Shown here: in pieces, positions 51,501 through 63,941 of the stretch
Layout of the letters: each line of letters opens with the position of its first letter
Position numbering within the stretch: position 1 is the first letter of the stretch
DNA from: Bugula neritina
Lineage: Eukaryota > Animalia > Bryozoa
Reading direction: 5' to 3'
DNA length: 64,000 bases
Assembly: GCA_964035545.1 (NCBI GenBank)
Contig: OZ037772.1
Span: 13,080,818-13,144,817 of the forward strand
Made by a program: the position numbers and the translations under genes
Notes under the pieces: model-generated
Told to the model about the DNA's origin: nothing
The model's database searches: none
What the model saw: only the letters and a program-made list of their open reading frames with translations

Positions 51501-53019
51501 GCTACACGTACTGCTCTACACTCGCCAACTATCACAGATTGTACGTCTGCAACTACGGCCCCGCGTGAGTTCTAGCTACACCTCTAGCAACTAGGCTATG
51601 CTGCTAAGGCTATGTGATTAGCTCTCATAAAATAAACATTGTATGGTAACATTTATCTTGAAACTTGTCTAAATTATCTCAAACTGTTTTCTGTTCAATG
51701 TTTTGGCATTTCTTCTGCAGTGGGAATCTTGATTGGTCGAAGCCGTACCGTCAAGGCAGCAAGTGCGCTGACTGTCCGGACCAGTGTTCAGACGAGGGTC
51801 TCTGTGGTGAGTCAACTTCCTGTGTGGGCGTGTCTGCGGTTAGTCAGCTTCCTGTGTGGGCGTGTCTGCAGTTAGTCAACTTCCTGTGTGGGCGTGTCTG
51901 CAGCTAGTCAACTTCCTGTGTGGGCGTGTCTGCGGTTAGTCAACTTCCTGTGGTAAACTTACTGAACTCAGGTGTATTTCACAGACTGCGGAGGTAAAGT
52001 CTGTCAGAATGGAGGAACTCTCGACCTCAACACCTGTGAGTGCAGCTGCTCCCAGAACTGGCATCTCCTCCAACATGACTGTGCTTGTGAGTCCTTCCGG
52101 AATAGTCTTCTTTACTACTCTGTATACTCTACTCTTTATTACTCTGTATACTCTGTATACTCTGTGTACTCTGTGTACTCTGTGTACTCTGTGTACTCTG
52201 TGTACTCTGTGTACTCTGTGTACTCTGTGTACTCTGTGTACTCTGTGTACTCTGTGTACTCTGTATACTCTACTCTTTATTACTCTGTATACTCTACTCT
52301 GTATACTCTGTATACTCTGTATACTCTGTATACTCTACTCTGTATACTCTACTCTGTATACTCTACTCTGTATACTCTGTGTACTCTGTGTACTCTGTGT
52401 ACTCTGTGTACTCTGTGTACTCTGTGTACTCTGTGTACTCTGTGTACTCTGTGTACTCTGTGTACTCTGTGTACTCTGTGTACTCTACTCTGTATACTCT
52501 GTATACTCTACTCTGTATACTCTGTATACTCTACTCTATATACTCTGTATACTCTACTCTATACTACTCTACTCTACTCTGTCATAGGGATAGCATTGTT
52601 GTGGTACACTGTGTGTTTCAGTGAACTGCAGTGCTGTAAAGGAAAGCTCCAGCTGTGCCCCCGGAGGTTTTTATGATGGCAAATGTTTTGTATATAGTAA
52701 CGTACCTGACGAGTGTCCTAAAGCATGCAATATCTGCCCCTGTAAGTAATATACATACTGTAAGTTATATACGTACTGCAAGTTATATACAACTGTGAGT
52801 AATATTATGTACTGTAAGTTATATACGTATTGTAAGTAATATACGTATTGTAAGTTATATACGTACTGTAAGTTATATATATACTTGTAATTTACAGATT
52901 CCGATTATCTGGCAGATGAAGAGGAAATACCCGAGGAATCTGTTGGAGTTGTGTCCACGTCTAACTATCTCATCATCTTACTGAGTGCAGCAGCTGTGAG
53001 ACTCGTTAGACTAGCATGA
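45536..53019 (+). CDS. CAP3: CAP/SCP-EGF-ShKT protein with a hydrophobic C-terminal (GPI-like) tail. Exons 45536-45542, 49628-49668, 50566-50671, 50967-51052, 51132-51359, 51467-51564, 51721-51806, 51985-52086, 52622-52741, 52898-53019
   Basis: Signal peptide MAAIQSLLFLTLLYIQTVGG. Motifs NCLFEH, GQNLA, WYDE, VGHYTQLVWA, YVCNYGPAGN, CQNGG and CPKACNIC. Tail NYLIILLSAAAVRLVRLA*. AATAAA at 53186-53191. Confidence 0.9.
45679..48771 (-). CDS. RTE LINE ORF: APE-type endonuclease plus reverse transcriptase, 1030 aa, uninterrupted
   Basis: Endonuclease motifs SWNIRTL, ALSE, YAPT, GDFNA, IDFV, TDH. RT motifs NYRGISLL, DFTKAFD, GVKQGCVLAP, FADD, FKYLGS. RTE-like C-terminal LRWAGHVHRM and GRPRLRFKD. 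Confidence 0.97.
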   Translation of the reverse strand: MKRKMNTKSYWQDVTQDKKVQNSKLNLASWNIRTLLDRENKERPERRSAIISSELQKYGIDIAALSEIRFKDTGNIREESGYTIYWSGKTASERSESGVALAIRNELVSRLIEEPKAISDRLMSLRVPLSDERWCTVIAVYAPTMTNSQENINRFYDQLNQALRSVPAADKILLMGDFNARVGQDHSTWPGVIGKYGCGNLNSNGELLISVCSEHQLCITNTFFKHKPAHKFSWMHPRSKNWHLIDFVITRQRDLPDILDTRAMREANCSTDHIMIRSKAKLRVKRKMKKGRTPCQKLDVSRLKNEEVRQELEKSLAGKLNSAPEGVESKWRAFKEIVYAESKVHLGTVSRKHEDWFDENNDELQELIQKRNKARADMLTRNTRSNKSKLRMAGRKLTGRCRELKNDWWLAKAAELQRFADTNDMKGFYQSMKTVWGPRVSHPDQLLASDSSTLLTEKQDLLARWTEHFSKLLNETPDIDDNIIENLRQAPIQDWMDDCPNIEEIIKATSMLSEGKSPGSDGIHPEVIKRGGPKLISTLHEIIKEAWKTAVVPQDWKDAQLITIFKKGDRKLCGNYRGISLLSIPGKVFARVLLNRLTSYAENFLPETQCGFRSGRGTADMIFALKQIQEKCIEQNMPLYMVFIDFTKAFDTVDRATLWKILQKLGFPSHFTNLISALHTGMKASVKLKEELSEPFQVNNGVKQGCVLAPTLFSIFLSAVLQHAFENCDKGVWIQSRPGADLFNVNQYKSTTRTQKVLVRELMFADDTAFVAHSHGDAQELVDRFARASKAFGLKINIKKTETLYQPAPGAHDSGDSICIDNEDLANVNKFKYLGSTVMCNNKMDEEIHTRMSNASISFGRLKTKVWYNRDLSFKTKCTVYRAIVLSSLLYGAEAWPVYRIAAHKFNTYMMRHLRQILNVKWWDFISNEETLAQANLPSMYELLIQKNLRWAGHVHRMDNSRLPKQILYSQLKEGTRGVGRPRLRFKDTVKRNLKDLKIPIGSWQSLSKDRCKWRTMIHRKSSSDTKDSQ
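48988..49166 (-). ncRNA. HDV-like (double pseudoknot) self-cleaving ribozyme at the 5' end of the RTE element
   Basis: On the - strand: P1 GGUGGUG (49166-49160) with CACCACU (49034-49028), G1-U wobble. P2 CUUCAUACUA (49057-49048) with UAGUAUGAGG (48997-48988). P3 ACC/GGU, L3 UCCAAGC, P1.1 CC/GG. P4 CUGGGUGUA-GA-UACACCCAG. J4/2 GCUAA with catalytic C at 49001. Confidence 0.9.
49167..49627. repeat. 50-bp minisatellite (left remnant at 45605-45670) split by the LINE and ending at the CAP3 exon 2 acceptor
   Basis: Unit TACTTTATTACACTGTAGTATGTTATTATTATACATATATTACAGTATAT. Confidence 0.95.
50730..50962. repeat. 33-bp minisatellite resembling the downstream acceptor
   Basis: Units CTACCCCTAG|RTGTGT compared with the real CCCCTTGTAG|GCGTGT. 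Confidence 0.92.
51807..51950. repeat. 32-bp minisatellite starting at the donor
   Basis: Units begin GTTAGTCA; the real donor is GTGAGTCA. Confidence 0.9.
52115..52580. repeat. 9-bp minisatellite (TACTCTGTR)n
   Basis: Direct reading. Confidence 0.94.
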
Positions 53020-55126
53020 GAACACAACTCTTCATGCCAGAGCAGCCAATCACACTCATGTCTTATGCAACACAGAATCAAACTTTTCATAATCAAATTC
53101 ATGCTTTTTATCAACGAGTGTCATTATTAACACACTCTGACGTAGGAATGCTCTTACGAGTGCCTAGTCAAACCCTTGAAGTATAAATAAACGTGTGTAC
53201 TTTTTTATTACTGTCTTTATCAAACTACTCATTCTATAAAACATTATTTGATATTCTGAAAATAAATTAAAAATCCTAAATACTCAACTCGTGTTATTCA
53301 AAGAATAAAATAGAAAACTGTAAATTTTCTGACAAGTATTTTGAGCTATTTCCGAACTTTCAACTGCAAGAGAAGACTCGTGTTATTTACTAGCAGTCAC
53401 ATGATTAACCTGTCATTATGAATCAGTATATACCATGCATACAGCTTGTACTGGGAATAGATAACTCCACACATAGAACTATAGTAACATTGTTATTCTA
53501 TTAGAAGACTGAGTGAGTGGCTGAAATTATGACAAGGGCTAAGTCATACACTACTAAGTGTTATCTCACTGATACAACTGCATATGAAGTGATGATTCAT
53601 GCTGCACAAGATGTGGCTGATTAGATGTAATATATCACATAGTAAAGTAAAAACTAGAGGCATGCAATAATAGATAAAAAGATTATTTGTCTCAAAGTTA
53701 TGGAATATGAAATTTGGCTTGTCTTTGTGACTACTAGAAACTGACTAGTAGTTCCAAACTTTGAAATACGGAAGTATATACTTTTTTATTTCATGAAAAC
53801 AGGCATACCATATAGAAGTTGTATATGACTATGCCTATTTCTAGCTGAAAAGACATTTGATTCTTCTCATGCAGCTCACAGATCTAAAAGTAACCAAAAT
53901 AATTTGGTCATTTTCATTGTGATTGATTGACCATTTCATTTTTCTTAGATATAATTGAACATCCATAATTTAAAAAATTAGGGTTGAACTTCCCATACAA
54001 TTATTCTAGTTTAATATATAATGATATTTTAGAAAATAAACATAATTGACAGAAGAAAAATGTTTAAAGCATTAATTAAGCTACAAAAATTTATTTAATC
54101 TTTTTAAAATGTGAGAGATTCTATAAATATAGCAATTTTGAAATTTACACACTTGAATTTATACATTTTTGATTTGATTAGGCACCGTTGAAAACAATGG
54201 GTGAAGACAATGTGATATTAATAGCACTTAATATCTGCAGCACAACTATTCTGGTGACTCTGCTACACTGTTGCTGGGGGGGATAAACTCCCTGAGTTGC
54301 TCGGAGACTCACTACAGCAACTGAGGTGACCTGGTTGAGTTGTGCCTACAAGCATGACGAATGTTCTTGTTACAGAATTGAGTTGAAAGGCAGTTAGAGT
54401 GAAGTAGTTTGCAGTCTCTGAGTTAGGAGAACACAACTCCAAACCTGAGAACAATAAGCTGCCACATTCAATCACCATCAACAGGGTGCTGCTTGTAAAG
54501 CCATCCTGCAACTACTTGCAGTCTTGCACATTCTTATATGCTCATAGATAACTGCACCTATGTATCGACTATAAAACATGCTATCCCGTAGCCTACCCAG
54601 TCGTAGCCTATTCCCTTTCAACCCACGCAGGGTTGAAAGGGAAATAGAAACAAAAAAATTACTCAATTCTTTTCTTCAAAAATAATTTGCTCTCAGCACA
54701 GCTCTCAAAAATTTAGTTCAACAGTCAAACACCAAGTTGCAACACTCATTTTCATCATTTGCCTGATTAGCTTCTAAAAGAAGTAGCTTCTCTAGCTCAC
54801 TTGTTCAATTTTTTCATGTCTCTTTGCGTTATTCGTTCATGTTCTTCTCTTGATGGTTTATTTAACACTGTCTATCTTCTTTTCCTGTTTATTTTGCCCT
54901 AAACATGATTGAAAATGCTGCTTGAAAAAGAAACATTTTTCAAAAGCATTTGATTGCTACATCACTATTTTCTCTTATTTGGATTCTGAAACTTGAGGCC
55001 CATAAAATCTTGGGCACTAAAATTAGTGTTCATCTTTTTTGCTGCATACAGATTACTGATTTGGTAATGCCATTGAAACCTTCAGGGATATTCTGAGTCA
55101 TGAATTGTAACGCACGACGCAATAGT

Positions 55127-55208
55127 CACGTGATCAGTTACAGACGACTGAGCACGTGACCAGTTACAGACGACTGAGCACGTGATCAGTTACAGACGAC
55201 TGAGCACG
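55127..55208. repeat. Three copies of a 26-bp repeat, each with an E-box (CACGTG)
   Basis: Unit CACGTGATCAGTTACAGACGACTGAG. Confidence 0.85.
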
Positions 55209-58200
55209 TCTGCTGCACTGTCATCAGTAAGTTGCTCTTCATACTGGCTGGTCTCCTGCAAATAAAACTGTCATCGCACCAAGGTAGTCCTTTATTTAGC
55301 ATGCTATTTAATAATTTTTTACTAACAATGTCTTTAGTAAACTGATTGTATATCTATTTCTGTTTGAAGTAATGAAAAGTTATGTTTTTTTCCGTTATTT
55401 TAGTCTTGTTAATTCCTAGTCTTGTGAATTTGTTCAAGTTGATTACTTGTAGTAATTAGACTAGTATCTCAGCTCTTCAAACATTTACTATTAGCAAATT
55501 AAAATGAAATGTTTTATATATTAAAGGAGTTTAGAATATTTCTTGCCTGTTTTGTAATTGTGTTTAGCCACATGCAGATAGAAGTTACCTTGCTATCAAT
55601 ACCAGTTTTATATCTGTGATATGCTCATAAGCCGACATGTAGAATTTGTCTTCTCCCTGTGTTTGATTCAACGAAACTTTCATCAGTTCAGGTTTGTGTC
55701 TAAATGAATAGCTTATTGTAACAATATTTACTCTTCCTTTCATCAAGTTGGAGTTGTCTAACCTTCACTACCAACTCTTGGAATTAGTAAGACTACCAGT
55801 GCACGGCAGTGAGGTAAAATCAGTTGACCCATATCTGCTCCTATTAGCTATGAAATCCACTGTTGATTAGCATTACCGTAACACATGGCCTTTTCTCTGC
55901 CGTTTCATTTAGTTTTAAAAGTTATGGCTGCATGTTTATTTCATTCAAAAATTGATGCTGCCAAATGTGTTCCTAATAAAAGTTGAACAGCCTATTGTGA
56001 AAGCTCTTGCCAATCTAACCCTTGCTCTGTAGAAAGATGCCGTTTATATAACTCTGCAGTTTTCTTTGTTTTTGACATGTCTGTAACCTTCCTGGCTCAG
56101 ACTCAGCATTGGTTTGTTTCACTCATAGGTTAGTGATGGCTCCTTCTGGATGGTTTGGTATTAGTTGGAGTTGTTTGATCTTTACTTGACCTGAGCTAAT
56201 TTCAGACTGAGGTGAACTGCATACTACTCTATTTGAAGTGTGAGGTTAGCTGGTTATTACCTTATGCATGTCTAATTTTTACATTGTGTGTTGGAATTTT
56301 TTGCATCTGTATCAACCCTGATTAAAAGTAGACTTAATTTCTGTCAACATAAAATGTATAGCCAGGATAATGTTTGTCCGAATTTGGGTGTTCTACTTTT
56401 ATGTGGATAAAATCATTGCCTTAATTAAACACTATTGAACATCAATTTATTTGACTTTGGAGTTGTTTGACCATTTCTTGTAAATCCTACAAGCAAGCCT
56501 ATAATTTGTGCACCATTACATTATATTTGATTTAACTTGTGAAGAAACATGGAGATCTTTCTTACTTTATGTACCAGCAGCAATGTTTGTGCTGTAAATG
56601 GCTGAATTTTAAGACAATGCAAATTTCATCAATTTGGTGACTAAAACTGTTCTTTAACTGAAAGCAGCAATACGTTTATAATACACCTCAAGTCACATTA
56701 TGTGAGATCACGTTTTTGATGCAGATCTGTGCCACATTCTGAGTGAAACTTCTACCCATTATATTAGAAATAGGTTAGTCCACAATAAATTGATGCCTTT
56801 TATTACCATTATGTTTTTTTCACAAGTGAAAAGTAATAATGCTAGACTCGGTCTCATAAGGCAAAATGGGTCCCTTTAGGGAAGTGACTATGTACATAAC
56901 TATTGCAAGTCATGCCACCAATAGAGGTGAGATGCTGGTGTAATACACTAGCATCTCACCTCTATCGGAGATATTTTGTATTGCATTATGACAGTGCCAG
57001 CAGTGATATACACTGTCTGGACCGTAGGCCAAGGGTGTGTCCTGTGACACTAAGTACGATTCTACTAGATAACCTCAGCTGCAGTACTAAGTTGACTGAA
57101 CAACTTAGTCTGATACTTACCTTTTCTGTAACTATTATAAAGTTAGCTAGTTGAATCGTGTGAATGTAACCGTGCGCTATGAACACACTTTGACCGTAAA
57201 ACAATATCGCATCGATACTATTTAAATCGTTTTTGCTTAGTAAAAGGTGTGCAAGACTTGTAATAGTTTTATAATGTAATTTTTCATATAATCCTCTACT
57301 GCTAATTATTAGATAATTCAAGTTTGTAGCAAATAATATAAAAATCTTGCAGCACCTGCATTTTGTTATCTCTCTCAGGTAAATGTGCATAAAAGCTTAA
57401 AATCCTAATTTTTAAAGTTTTTGATTAGACAACTTCAGCTGGAAATACGCATAGCCATATAAGACAAGCCATTAACTTCTCTGCCTGTTTTTTGAACGAA
57501 TTGAGGGCATTCACCTGATATTTTTTATAGCTGCTTTTTGTTTAGAAAACAAATCATTTCTACAAAATAAATAAATTGAATTGTCTTATAAATATGGAGA
57601 AACTATAATATTATATTAAAGTTATATATTATAAAGTTATATATTATAGATTATATATTATAAAGTTATATATTATAGATTATATATTACAAATTATATA
57701 TATTAAATATTGTATATTATATTCTATATATTATATATTATAAGTTATACATTATATATATATTATTATATTTTTTGTATATTATATTTTTATTATATAT
57801 AATATTATATATCATATTATATTGTATTTCATATATATTATTACAGCGGAGCTGTTAGGACCAATGTGTTGACTACAGTGAACACCGCCAGGTGTACCTG
57901 TCCAAGTGTCCCCATGACCTGTACTTTGTACTCAGTGTTACAGTAAACAGGATGGGCCATACATACAGTTGCTGGGGTGAGTAGTGGTGGTAGTCTATAA
58001 ATAGATTACATAACACATGTCTCTCTTATCTTCCCATGGCGTCACTATCTGCCAGCTGGTAGCTCACACACTGTAGTTCTGCCTGTCTGTAGCTGAATCT
58101 CTCAGAATCTACAAAGTATCCGCTCTGTTTGGTTGACACTCTCTGTCAGGTGCTCTACATCTACTCTGTATATCATAGTCTAGTTTGTTTAGTATTTATA

Positions 58201-58408
58201 TCATAGTGTAGTCTATTTAGTAATTAAATCAACTTTTGTAATTCTCAATTGTGTTATTTGTTATTTCTGCTGAGCATTGTGGGTAGACAGCAGCAGTTGA
58301 ACTTTAGCCTTTTCCTCAAGCAACGCGTGGCTGAGTTCTCAGCATTTTGAATAATTAGACTGGGTGGCTACTTGTTCCCCCCTTTGTTTTAGACACTCAA
58401 GAGAAGTC

Positions 58409-61400
58409 ATGATGAGATTGATTCTGTTAGCTGCAGCCTTCACGCTCATATCAGCAGCCGAGTGGGAGGACGCCTCTCAATATGTGAGTCACATGATTAT
58501 AGTTGGAGTACCATAGTGATTGTAGTATGAGTGCTGATGGTGATGGTGTTGGTACTAGTACTAATACTAGTACTAATACTAGTACTAATAGTAGTACTGG
58601 TATCAGTACTACTATTAGTACTAATACTAGTACTAATACTAGTACTATTAGTAGTACTGATAGTAGTATTAGTATTAGTACTAATACTAGTATTAGTACT
58701 AATACTAGTACTAGTACTAGTATTAGTACTAGTACTAGTATTAGTACTAGTACTAATACTAGTACTAATACTAGTACTGATGTTCTTATTTCAGGTGAAA
58801 CCTGTGGTTGACTTTGCCGAGAAGTCATTCAATGCCAGGATGAATTCTATTTTCATTCACAAAATAACTCAGGTTACCAAAGCTTTGAGAAAGGCTGGAG
58901 ATGGCTGGAAATATGATGTAAGTTGGTGCACTTCTCGGGTGGGTGTTAGGCTAACTATCTAGTAGTTCAACAGAGTGTGCTGGGCGCTAAGGCTTTGAAA
59001 TGTTAGAAGGAAAGCAGAACTAACAAAGTGGGTTAGCGGTGAGACAGTCATCTTGTTTATTCCTGCAGATGGAGTTTGTGATGGCCCCAACTGACTGTAT
59101 GAAGTTTGGTGAGAAACATCAAGATTGTCACGTAGCAGAGAACTCCCCTGTAAGTGTCACACATCAACTAGTTGACCACAATATGTACTGACACATACTA
59201 TACACTGATACATACTATATACTGACATATATTACAGCATACTAACACATATTATAGCCTACTGACACATTATCTTATACTGACATACATTACAGCATAC
59301 TGACACATATTATAGTATACTGACGCATATTATGTTATACTGATACAGGTTATAGCCTACTTACACAATATAAATTCTATCTTACAGAAACAGACCTGCC
59401 ACGTCGACATTTCTCTCACTTCTGCTGGAGACTTCTCTCTCGATGATTTCAACTGCAAATCTATGTATGTGTAAGCCTTGGTTCTTAGTTCTTATACTAC
59501 ACTGTTGAGGGGGGGGTTGCCCTGCAAATCTATGTAGCCTATATGTGTAAGCCTCTGGTCTTAGTTCCTATACTAAACTACATCCAAGAGTTTCCATGAT
59601 ATGTTTCTATAGTTACCACACAGTGTTTTCATGATATGTTTCTATAGTTACCACACAGTGTTTTCATGTTATGTTTCTATAGTTACCACACAGTGTTTCC
59701 ATGATATGTTTCTATAGTTACCACACAGTGTTTCCATGTTATGTTTCTATAGTTACCACACAGTGTTTCCATGTTATGTTTCCATAGTTACCACACAGTG
59801 TTTCCATGTTATGTTTCTTCTAGGAATAAGAGACAAGTGGGAGGAATAGGAGCTCCTGTGGACAACCCAGAAGATGATGAGTACAGAAACCTTCTCACAA
59901 GAGCCACCTCTTTCACCAATACACTCTACAAGGTGACCTTCTATACACATAAATATACAATCTATTTCAAACATTTTACTCCATGCATCAGAGTTAATAT
60001 CAGGTATTCACATTTCTTTCATTACTTTACTTCAATATATATATACAGAGATCAGAATGTGTACGTACCATCTGTAAGTTTCTGTCATGATGTATATCTT
60101 CTCTGTAGGTTAATAAAGTGATTAGTGTGAGAACCCAGGTGGTTGCTGGGATTAAATACTACATTGACTTCTCTGCTGCCAATACTGACGGAAAGGTATT
60201 TCTATATATTCTATGAATATCTGCTGTTGGTTTTGTTGTGTATCTTTACATTATCTTTGTTGTTATTTCCCCTGACACACTCTGAATGTAAACAGATATT
60301 GTAAATACTTTGTGGTTGTCTCCCCTGACAGGAGGAGCTGTGTACAGCTGTTATATGGGAACAGAGTTGGACAAAGCGTTTCGAAGTCCAGGAATACAGA
60401 TGTAATGGGAAAGATTACACACTCAAGTACTTATAAAAATCTTATATTGAAATCTTTATATTTTATTATATAATAATTTTATACTTATATTTATAGTACA
60501 ATATTGTATATTTAGGGCTATAAGTTATCACATGTTGAGCTGTTTCCATGTTATGTTTCCATAGTTACCACACAGTGTTTCTATGTTATGTTTCCATAGT
60601 TACCACCCAGTGTTTCCATGTTATGTTTCTATAGTTACCACACAGTGTTTCCATGTTATGTTTCTATAGTTACCACATAGTGTTTCCATGTTATGTTTCT
60701 ATAGTTACCACACAGTGTTTCCATGTTATGTTTCTATAGTTACCACACAGTGTTTCCATGTTATGTTTCTATAGTTACCACACAGTGTTTCCATGTTATG
60801 TTTCTATAGTTACCACATAGTGTTTCCATGTTATGTTTCTATAGTTACCACACAGTGTTTCCATGTTATGTTTCTATAGTTACCACACAGTGTTTCCATG
60901 TTATGTTTCTATAGTTACCACATAGTGTTTCCATGTTATGTTTCCATAGTTACCACACAGTGTTTCCATGTTATGTTTCTTCTAGGAGTAAGAGACTGGC
61001 TGGTGGAATAGGAGCTCCTGTGGACAACCCAGAAGACATGAAATATAAAGATCTGCTCAGAACTGCAACTTCCAGCATCAACTCAGTCTACACAGTAAGT
61101 CCAGTTCTCTCTCTTCTACGTACACTACACTTAACAAGAGAGGAGGGAGTAGAAATACTCACAGTGAATGAGGAACTAAGGCTTTCTATGTGTATAAAGC
61201 TTTATAATTTCTTTATAAAATCTTCAAATCAATCAGCCGTTCTAATATTCTGGCAGCCATGTTGAACTTCATGTGATTTAAACAAAGATGCCTGACATTT
61301 ATTCAGGTTTAGATTATAAGCTATTGCCTGCAGGGATTTCACGTCACTTACTTTACCTTAGGTTTGATGTATTCAATTTGATTATTAGACTATAAAAATA

Positions 61401-63941
61401 TTTTTTCCTGATGCATAAAAGTAAAGGTGTATAGTTATTAGCAATTTTGAAATGATATTGTGTACAGATTATCTGTAAGGTCAATAAAGTGTATTCTGTC
61501 TGTAGATTAACAGAGTAGTCAGTGTGAGAACCCAGGTGGTTGCTGGGATTAAATACTACATTGACTTCTATGCTGCCAATGCTGACGGAAAGGTATTTCT
61601 AGATATTCTATTAATATCTGTTGTTGGTTTTGTTGTGTCTCTTTACATTATCTCTGTTGTTATTCCTCCTGAGTTACTCTAAATGTAAAAAGATATTGTC
61701 AACACTTTGTGGTTGTCTCCCTTGACAGGAAGAACTGTGTGAAGCTGTTTTATGGGAACAAAGTTGGCTAGGTTCTCTCAATGTCCTGAATTACAGATGT
61801 GATGGAAAAGAACTTGCTGGAAGGTACTTTGCAAAGTATTACATTCAATTCTCTTCTTAAATTATTAATATTTTATTCTTATACTAACACATGTATAATA
61901 TACCAGTTTATATTTAAAGCTATATATGTTACCACACAGTGTTTCCATGTTATGTTTCTATAGTTACCATGCACACAGTGTTTCCATGTTATGTTTCCAT
62001 AGTTACCACACAGTGTTTCCATGTTATGTTTCTATAGTTACCACACAGTGTTTCCATGTTATTTTTCTATGGTTACCACACAGTGTTCCCATGTTATGTT
62101 TCTATAGTTACCACAGTGTTTCCATGTTATGTTTCCATAGTTACCACACAGTGTTTCCATGTTATGTTTCTATAGTTACCACACAGTGTTTCTATGTTAT
62201 GTTTCTTCTAGGAGTAAGAGACTGGCTGGTGGAATAGGAGCTCCTGTGGACAACCCAGAAGACATGAAATATAAAGATCTGCTCAGAACTGCAACTTCCA
62301 GCATCAACTCGGTCTACACAGTAAGTCCAGTTCTCTCTCTTCTATGTACACTACACTTAACAAGGGGGGGGGGAGTAGAAATACTCAAATTGAATGAGGA
62401 ACTAGGGCTTTCTATGTATAAAGTTTATAATTTCTTCATGAAATCTTCAAATCAATCAGCCTTTTAATTCTGGCAGCCATGTTGAACTTCATGATGTAAA
62501 AGAGCATGGCTGATCATACAGGTTCAGTTTTAGCTTAGACTAAGTAGAGTTTCCACTTCACCTACTTTGCCATGGGTTATGCATATATAGGATTATAAGT
62601 TTTTTATGATGCATAAAGAAAAGGCTAATAATTATAACAGCAATCTTCAGAGTGAATCTGTACAGATTATCTATAAGGTCAATAAAGTGTATTCTGTCTG
62701 TAGATTAACAGAGTGGTCAGTGTGAGAACCCAGGTGGTTGCTGGGATTAAATACTACATTGACTTCTATGCTGCCAATGCTGACGGAAAGGTACTTCTAT
62801 ATATTCTATTAATATCTGTTGTTGGTTTTGTTGTGTCTCTTTACATTATTTCTGTTGTTATTCCTCCTGACACACTCTAAATGTAAACAAATATTGTCAA
62901 TACTTTTTGGTTGTCTCCCCTGACAGGAAGAACTGTGTGAAGCCATCTTAGTAGAACAAGTTTGGTTGAAAGCTCTCCACGTCCTGAATTACAGATGTGA
63001 TGGGAAAGAACTTGCTGGAAGGTACTTTGCAAAGTATTACATTCAATTCTCTTCTTTAATTACTAATCTTTTATTCTTATGTTGATACATGTATAATATA
63101 CTAGTTTATATTTAGAGCTATATATATTATCACACAGTGTTTCCATGTTATTTGTTTCGATCCATAGTTACCACACAGTGTTTCCATGATATGTTTCCAT
63201 AGTTACCACACAGTGTTTCCATGTTATGTTTCTATAGTTACCACACAATGTTTCCATGTTATGTTTCCATAGTTACCACACAGTGTTACCATGTTATGTT
63301 TCTTCTAGGAATAAGAGACAAGTGGGAGGAATAGGAGCTCCTGTGGACAACCCAGAAGATGATGAGTACAGAAACCTTCTCACAAGAGCCACCTCTCTCA
63401 CCAATACACTCTACAAGGTGACCTTCTATACACATAAATATACAATCTATTTCATACATTTTACTCCATGCATCAGAGTCATTATCAGGTATTCACATTT
63501 CTTTCACTAGTTTACTTCAATATATATATACAGAGATCAGAATGTGTACGTACCATCTGTAAGTCCATATCATGTGTACTTACCATCTGTAAGTTTCTGT
63601 CATGATGTATATCTTCTCTGTAGGTTAATAAAGTGATTAGTGTGAGAACCCAGGTGGTTGCTGGGATTAAATACTACATTGACTTCTCTGCTGCCAATGC
63701 TGACGGAAAGGTATTTCTATATATTCTATGAATATCTGCTGTTGGTTTTGTTGTGTATCTTTACATTATCTTTGTTGTTATTCCCCCTGACACACTCTAA
63801 ATGTAAACAGATATTGTCAATACTTTGTGGTTGTCTCCCCTGACAGGAAGAGCTGTGTACAGCTGTTATATGGGAACAGAGGTGGACAAAGCATTTCGAA
63901 GTCCAGGAATACAGATGTAATGGGAAAGATTACACACTCAA
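58409..63941 (+). CDS. Secreted multicystatin polyprotein, 3'-partial: signal peptide, one degenerate cystatin domain and at least four QVVAG cystatin domains. Exons 58409-58483, 58795-58917, 59069-59149, 59388-59464, 59824-59932, 60109-60195, 60332-60426, 60986-61094, 61506-61592, 61729-61823, 62212-62320, 62704-62790, 62927-63021, 63309-63417, 63624-63710, 63847-63941
   Basis: Signal peptide MMRLILLAAAFTLISA. Each repeat has N-terminal GG, RTQVVAGIKYYI, EQxW and a Cys pair. Three-exon modules are joined by phase-2 introns and continue past the window end. Confidence 0.9.
58551..58780. repeat. (TACTAG/TACTAA)n intronic repeat
   Basis: Direct reading. Confidence 0.9.
59590..63308. repeat. 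35-bp minisatellite arrays before each cystatin module (59590-59820, 60540-60985, 61925-62210, 63130-63308)
   Basis: Unit TTATGTTTCTATAGTTACCACACAGTGTTTCCATG; each array ends at the acceptor TTTCTTCTAG. Confidence 0.92.
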
